DNA from: Amoebophrya sp. A120
Lineage: Eukaryota > Protista > Dinoflagellata
DNA: 64,000 bases
Assembly (NCBI GenBank): GCA_905178155.1
Contig: CAJINV010000001.1
Coordinates: 14,315,984-14,379,983 of the forward strand
Reading direction: 5' to 3'
Position numbers and translations under genes: made by a program. Each line of letters starts with the position of its first letter. The stretch's first letter is position 1. The notes under the pieces are model-generated. The model ran no database searches. It was not told where the DNA came from and saw nothing but the letters and a program-made list of their open reading frames with translations. Of the stretch, positions 57,933-64,000 are shown piece by piece.

Positions 57933-60801
57933 CTATGCTAGTCCCGCTGGTACTGACGTGTCTGTGCCAAGTTGTTCCCCGCGAGCCGCTAATGCTGCCG
58001 CAGACCTTCCGTAGTGGGCCAGGCCTTCGTGCGGTATCCAGATGCTTGTTGCAAAGGCCGCGAAGAAGATCACGAACATGCACACGGACCCGATGGCGCC
58101 GGAGGGTAGGAAGTGTCCGGCGTTGACGAAACCCATGAAGAAGGTAAACTGGAGGGAAACGGTCAGGAAAAACCCGAAAACCGGGTACAGAGCGACAAGG
58201 AAGAGGAAAAAGGTCAAAACTGCGGCAACCATCATAGCGGGGGCTGCTTGCGGAAGATGTTTTTCCACGGCGGCAGAATCCATTTTCCACCAGAAGTCGC
58301 ATACCTGGAACAGAAGAATCATCGTGATTTCCAATAAATTCACGTCTAACAGTTAGTGTTAGAAGTGAATTGGAGTTGCTTGCTGGCGGTCTGTACAGGC
58401 CCGATGGTATTTCGGTTTTTGGGTCATCTGTGTGTCGCAGTCTTATAAATATACTTATGCCTTGCTCAAGCTCTTCCCCCCACCTGAATCTGCATGCTTC
58501 TGACAGAATCTTTCAGAAGTTATGTTCTGCCGGCCTGGACAGGCCCGACGGGATTTCGGTTTTTGGGCCCTTTCTTCTTCGCACTTATTCGCCTCGAGCA
58601 AGGTGCCCCCCCGAACTGAATCCTCACTCTTTTGAGCGAAAGACCTACAACTTGCTTGCTGGCGGTCTCCTGCACAGGCCCGACGGTATTTCGGTTTTTG
58701 GGTCATTTTTTTGCTGCAATTTGATACCTTGCTCAAGTTCTTCCCCCGCTCAGAATCTGCATGCTTCCGAAAGACTCTTTCAGGAGTTGTGTGCTGCCGG
58801 CCTGCACAGGCCCGACGGTATTTCGGTTTTTGGGCCTTTTCTTCTTCGCATTTGTTCGCCTCAAGCAACTTTCCCCCCCGACCTGAATCTTCACTCTTTT
58901 GAGCGAAAGACTCGCAAGTTGCTTGCTGGAGGTCTGCACAGGCCCGACGGTATTTCGGTTTTTGGGTCATTTTTTTGTCGCAATTTGATGCCTTTCTCAA
59001 GTTCTTTCCCCCAACTGAATCTGCATGCTGCCGACAGAATCTTTCAGAAGTTATGTTCTGCCGGCCTGCACAGGCCCGACGATACTTCGGTTTTTGGGCC
59101 TTTTCTTCTTCGCATTTGTTCGCCTCAAGCAACTTTCCCCCCCGACCTGAATCTTCACTCTTTTGAGCGAAAGACCTACAACTTGCTTGCTGGCGGTCTG
59201 CACAGGCCCGACGGTATTTCGGTTTTTGGGTCATTTTTTTGCTGCAATTTGATACCTTGCTCAAGTTCTTCCCCCGCTCTGAATCTGCATGCTTCCGACA
59301 GAATCTTTCAGAAGTTATGTTCTGCCGGCCTGCACAGGCCCGACGGTATTTCGGTTTTTTGGCCTTTTCTTCTTTCCATTTATTCGCCTCAAACAACTTT
59401 CCCCCCCGACCTGAATCTTCACTCTCCTGAGCGAAAAACTTGCAAGTTGCTTGCTGGCGGTCTGCACAGGCCCGATGGCATTTCGGTTTTTGGGCCATTT
59501 TTGTTTCGCAACTTTATGCCTTGCTCAAGCTCTTCCCCCCACCTGAATCTGCATGCTTCTGGAAGAATCTTTCAGAAGTTATGTTCTGCCGGCCTGCACA
59601 GGCGCGACGGTATTTCGGTTTTTGGGCCCTTTCTTCTTCGCACTTATTCGCCTCGAGAAAGGTTCCCCCCCGAACTGAATCTTCACTCTTTTGAGCGAAA
59701 GACTCGCAAGTTGCTTGCTGGCGGTCTGCACAGGCCCAACGGTATTTCGGTTTTTGGGTCCTTTTTGTGTCGCAATTTTTTGCCTTGCTCAAGTTCTTTT
59801 CCCCAACTGAATCTGCATGCTGCCGACAGAAGCTTTCAGAAGTTATGTTCTGCCGGCCTGCACAGGCCCGACGGTATTTCGGTTTTTGGGCCTTTTCTTC
59901 TTCGCATTTGTTCGCCTCAAGCAACGTTCCCCCCCGAGCTGAATCTTCACTCTCCTGAACGAAAAAATTACAAGTTGCTTGCTGGCGGTCTGCACAGGCC
60001 CGACTGTATTTCGGTTTTTGGGTCATTTGTGAGTCGCAATCTTATGCCTTGCTCAAGCTCTTCCCCCCACCTGAATGCGCATGCTTCTGGCAGAATCTTT
60101 CAGAAGTTATGTTCTGCCGGCCTGCGCAGGCCCGACGGTATTTCGGTTTTTGGGCCTTTTCTGCTTCGCATATATTCGAATCCGGTTACCAACGAAGATA
60201 TCTTCATTTTTATAAAAACAACTACAAGAAGCCGCATAGTACAATTAAATTTCATCTTCTGTGGCGTAGTATACAAATATCAACATCTAGCGCGAGTGAA
60301 AACATCGTCAGGAGATCAAAAAAAATGTACGATCGCCAGGTAGAAGAGCAGGCTCATGTTGAACCCGAGACAGGAAAAGCCCATGAGCAGGTAGCTGCGG
60401 TGCACCAGGGGGGACTCCCAAATGACGCGGAAGAAGTTCGTCCAGTAGATCATGGCGCAGGTAAAGAATACCCAGAAGGCTGCGTGAATTTTGTCCCACA
60501 CCCAGTTCAGTCCTTTCACCCATTTCTTCCTCGCATGTTTCCGCTCCGTGTCGTCTAGCGCGGAAAGCAGTTGCGCAGCTTCGGAGTCATTTGCAGATGC
60601 GGCGCCAATCGTCGAAGGGTTTGGGAGCACACCATGACTCGCAGCGTTTTGGTGCAAGCGCTGTTCCTCCAGATCGAGAGGATTTGGTATCCTTTTTCCA
60701 GCAAACGACGCGCTAGATGTTGCAGGCGTGGTTCTCGTGAGGTCCTCCAGTTCTGTGTCGACGGACCCGATAGGGACGTAGTTGTGTCGGACGGAAGGCA
60801 T
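57933..60801 (-). CDS. TMEM128-like multi-pass membrane protein; canonical intron 58305-60330
   Basis: ATC|GTACAT ... TTCCAG|GTA joins FYLAI|VCDFWW. IHAAFWV...YWTNFF, VALYPVFGFFLT and FTFFMG resemble TMEM128 motifs as I recall them. Confidence 0.7.
58374..60172. repeat. Tandem array: 14 x 132-bp monomers in alternating A/B form (264-bp higher-order unit), intronic
   Basis: Core CTGCACAGGCCCGACGGTATTTCGGTTTTTGGG at 58391, 58535, 58670, 58802 and then every 132 bp to 60122. Confidence 0.97.
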
Positions 60802-61853
60802 GTTGGCTGCACCGGGGAAAGGCTTCGCAATCCAAAAGTACACAACGAAAACGAAAATGACACAAGCCGACAGGCAGTTGGGCGTAAAGTTTTGTGTTTG
60901 CAGGAGAAGCGTGGTACGGTGAAGCTTTCAGGTACCGGGGCCGCGGCCAAGAACGTTAAGAGCCTCTAGTTAAGTAGAACCTCTACACGTGAACATTCGC
61001 AAGCGTAAGTCATACACATCACGACCAGACACGGAGGTACACTCGGAAACAGAACTGGAGGGACCGGCTTGAATAGATACGTACAGACAACTGATCTTCG
61101 TTTATGTACTTGCTCTCACGCTCACTGCTTTGTCACTGTAGCAGGGGTCGCAGTCGTTCTCCAAGATGCCTTTCTCGCTGCCCTGCTCACTCATGAGATT
61201 GAGGGCCAAGCTTGCGGTCGTCGTCAAAAGCAATAGCAAACAAAAAGAATGCCACAAGTGAGGTGGCTGCAAGGTTAGCTGCCATTTAGTCACAAGGCAC
61301 AAGCCGTTACATGGCGCTGCGCTCCCCTCGAGTCATCGGGGACGCGCCAAAATGCGTTTTAGCTCTGTTTTTATTTGGTACACGACCTTACATCAATCTG
61401 ATAAGTTCTTACAGTGGAGGCCTCCGCCACATTTCCTTACTGTCAAGATGCACCATTTCCATCAAGGAAAAATGGCGACCACTCTCTCTCTGTCCGTCCC
61501 GGTTGTCCCTGGAGCCGGACGAGCGGTTTCCTCGAAGTGACATATTATCAATTGTTTCTCTTTCGATTGTAGCGAAATGTGATAGAATATTGTTGGTTAT
61601 TTGCTCAATACAGGATGGAGCGTCCTGTTTCACATAGAGCTCGAATCTTCGGCGAGTTAGCAGTGGTAAAAATCTGGTTAAGTGTGATGTTGATGTGGCA
61701 CCCGTAGTATCAATTTTACTTTTCGTGTAATAGACGGCGCAGAATCACAAGTTGTAGAGTAGACGGATAGGAACACGGTCAGATGTTCCTTAACCTTATC
61801 CCCCGCGGCGCGATGGCGGACCTCGACCTACTAGTTGAACCCTGACCTGCGAA

Positions 61854-63420
61854 CTATTCGTCTTCCTCCTCGTCCTCATTGTCAAAGCCGAAGTCCAGGT
61901 ACTCGTCGAATTCGATCTCACCACCGCCATCGAAATCGACCAGGCCATACCGGTCTTCGAACTCCTCGTCGTCGCAATCGGGGTAGCGCTCGGTGAAAAT
62001 CTTCCGGATGATCTCCTTCGTGAGATGTGCGGGCTCGTCTGGGTAGTTGCACTCCTGGTCTTCGGGGAGGAAGCCCTTGAACTGCGCATAGATTTCCATG
62101 ATCTTCTCCAGACTCTTGTCGTGCCGCTTCGCCAGCTGCTCGAACGAGGGCTTGGCAACGTCGGCGGCGTCTGTTCGTTGTTGTAGGAGCGCACTAGAAA
62201 TAAAATCAGGGAAAGCAAATGCATTATCAGTATTTTGCCTTTCTTCATTCGCATTCCCATACAAAACGAGTCCACGACGATCTTCACGACACGACCATGC
62301 TAGAACCTGACGCAGTGCCTGTGGCTAGAAGTAGGCCTACGCGGGTGTACAACTAGTTTTGCTTGGAGTTGGAAATGGAATAAAACAAGAATCGATAGAA
62401 TTATTTGAGCAAAAATCTATCATCGCAATACTGATTTCCAGGTCGATTGTTTCCTTGCTGAGCCACTCCACGAATTCATCAAACTCAATCTGACCGCCAC
62501 CATCGAGATCGATTTCCGTGAACTTCTGCTCGAATTCTTCTTCGCCAAGCCCAGGCAACAGGTCGTACATGAGTTTGCGCATCACGTCTTTGCTCATGCC
62601 CGCTGGGTCCTCGGGATAGTCGTCCTCCATGCCCTCCGGCAGGAAACTCTTAAACTGCGTATGCAACCACTCGATCCTGAGCAGGAAGATGTTGTTCATG
62701 TTGTGCAGAAGCAGATCATTCAATCACAATGATCCGACAGACGATGGTGCACGAGTGTGCAGATAGCTGCCAAATTTCAGTAGACGAGGAATAAACTTGC
62801 AGCTTCCAGTTGTAAGAAGGAACCAGTACAAAAAAGATGCAGCCAAAAAACAGTAAGTACCTCGCCATGGTGAGCCCATACATGATGCAGAGATCGTTCA
62901 TTGGTGGTTTCGGTTGCTCCTCTTCGGCCGCAACACCCTCGTCCGCGTCCTCTACCAATTCTCCAGCACGGATGGCTAGTCTTCTTATCTTCAGCTCGGG
63001 CACTCGCTCACCTGAGTGAGATTTGATTTTGAAGAAGAAAATATTAGTCAAAACACAAATATAAATAACATCGTCGATCGGCGGCCAATGCTGATCTTAT
63101 CTCCTGCGCAGAGCAAAATCCAAAGTAGCGAGGATTCGAGAAAATACACAGACACACCACATAGCTAAGCGAGTCTGACATCCCCTTCAACTGAAAAGAA
63201 AAAGTATTACCAAAATCAAAAACAACTTCTTGCTGGCTGCACACACATACGCTAGTCGTAGAAAATTTGTACTTATCGCCATGGCTGCTTGGACGTCGAG
63301 CTCGCAGAGCTTTGTGAGTGAATACTGGTCGACGACGCCGTCGATGAGCATCAGCTTTAGGTAGGCTTGCCACAACTCCCAGGCCAGTTGTGCGGTAATG
63401 TTCCAAGCCTCAGCATTTTC
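61854..63420 (-). CDS. Multi-exon EF-hand protein with internally repeated modules; 5' end probably beyond the window
   Basis: EF loops IDLDGGGQIEFDEF and VDFDGGGEIEFDEY, each preceded by QFKxFLPE...YP. Confidence 0.65.
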
Positions 63421-63845
63421 CTCGAATGCTTCATCTGTTGATTATTTATGTTTCATTCAGCGTCGATGAGCAACATCAGCTGCAAAGAAAGCGATTACCA
63501 TAAAAGTCAAAAAGTAGCAGCACTAGGTACTCGTACTACTAGTAAGAGTAAGTAGAGCAAGGACATAAAATATTTATGAAGATCGCGCCCGGAGGGCGAT
63601 ATTGGTAACCAAATGCGTGCGCGAAAATCTAACCAGCGCGAAAGCCAAACCAGCCGCGCGGCGAAAGTTCTTTTAATTAGAATCCCACTTCTTCTTCTTG
63701 GGTCGCGGGCCGCAGTTGTGCTCGATCTCCTTGATTACGCTCCACCACTTCCCCGCGGCCCTGAAGGGCCGCGGACAACTACTGTCGCCCGCGGCGGCCC
63801 GCAGGCTCCTGCGATAAGCATTGAAGGCGAAATCCGGTCTGGTAT

Positions 63846-64000
63846 TTCGCAGCGGGGCATCCTTTCTAGCCCCCTGCATGACAAACTGGCCTCCTGGCCA
63901 AGAAGGTATGTGCCCGGGGGGGGCAAGCCCCCCCCCGGACCCCCCCCATCCACCTTCGCAGCGGGGCATCCTTTCTAGCCCCCTGCATGACAAACTGGCC
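63846..64000. repeat. 109-bp tandem repeat truncated by the window edge, carrying the introner motif GCATGACAAACTGGCC
   Basis: TTCGCAGCGGGGCATCCTTTCTAGCCCCCTGCATGACAAACTGGCC at 63846 and 63955. Confidence 0.8.

Noticed and set aside
58374-60172. CRISPR array (33-bp core at regular spacing)
   Set aside because: The intervening sequences are about 99 bp, homologous to each other and alternate A/B rather than being unique. The array is in a eukaryotic intron and no cas genes are present.
1-64000. tRNA, rRNA or dinoflagellate spliced-leader relics
   Set aside because: None was recognised by eye. A covariance-model scan would be needed to exclude them.

Overview
Gene-dense eukaryotic DNA, most likely an Amoebophrya-like syndinian dinoflagellate. 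This is inferred from three things: every credible gene lies on the minus strand, introns are short, and several non-canonical introns carry inverted and direct repeats. About 11 multi-exon genes are visible: a Cys-rich protein; a Venus-flytrap/EGF/pentameric ligand-gated channel/EF-hand fusion; a JmjC protein; a U-box protein; an unknown protein; a giant LRR/EF-hand protein; a type IA topoisomerase-like protein with Phe at the catalytic Tyr and a probable RS-rich tail; a large low-complexity protein; a SIL1/Fes1-like protein; a TMEM128-like protein; and an EF-hand protein. The dominant hidden structure is a set of nine MITE-like elements with TAT...ATA termini, terminal inverted repeats (TIRs) and 5-bp target-site duplications (TSDs). 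Eight sit inside coding sequence, and removing the element plus one TSD copy restores the reading frame, so they behave as transposon-derived introns (introners). None of the eight gives GT-AG on precise removal, yet all eight have a sense-strand GT donor supplied by the TSD. Most share an internal GCATGACAAA motif. There is also a 132/264-bp higher-order tandem array inside an intron. No tRNA, rRNA, CRISPR array or transposase was recognised. All calls are by eye; no searches were run.
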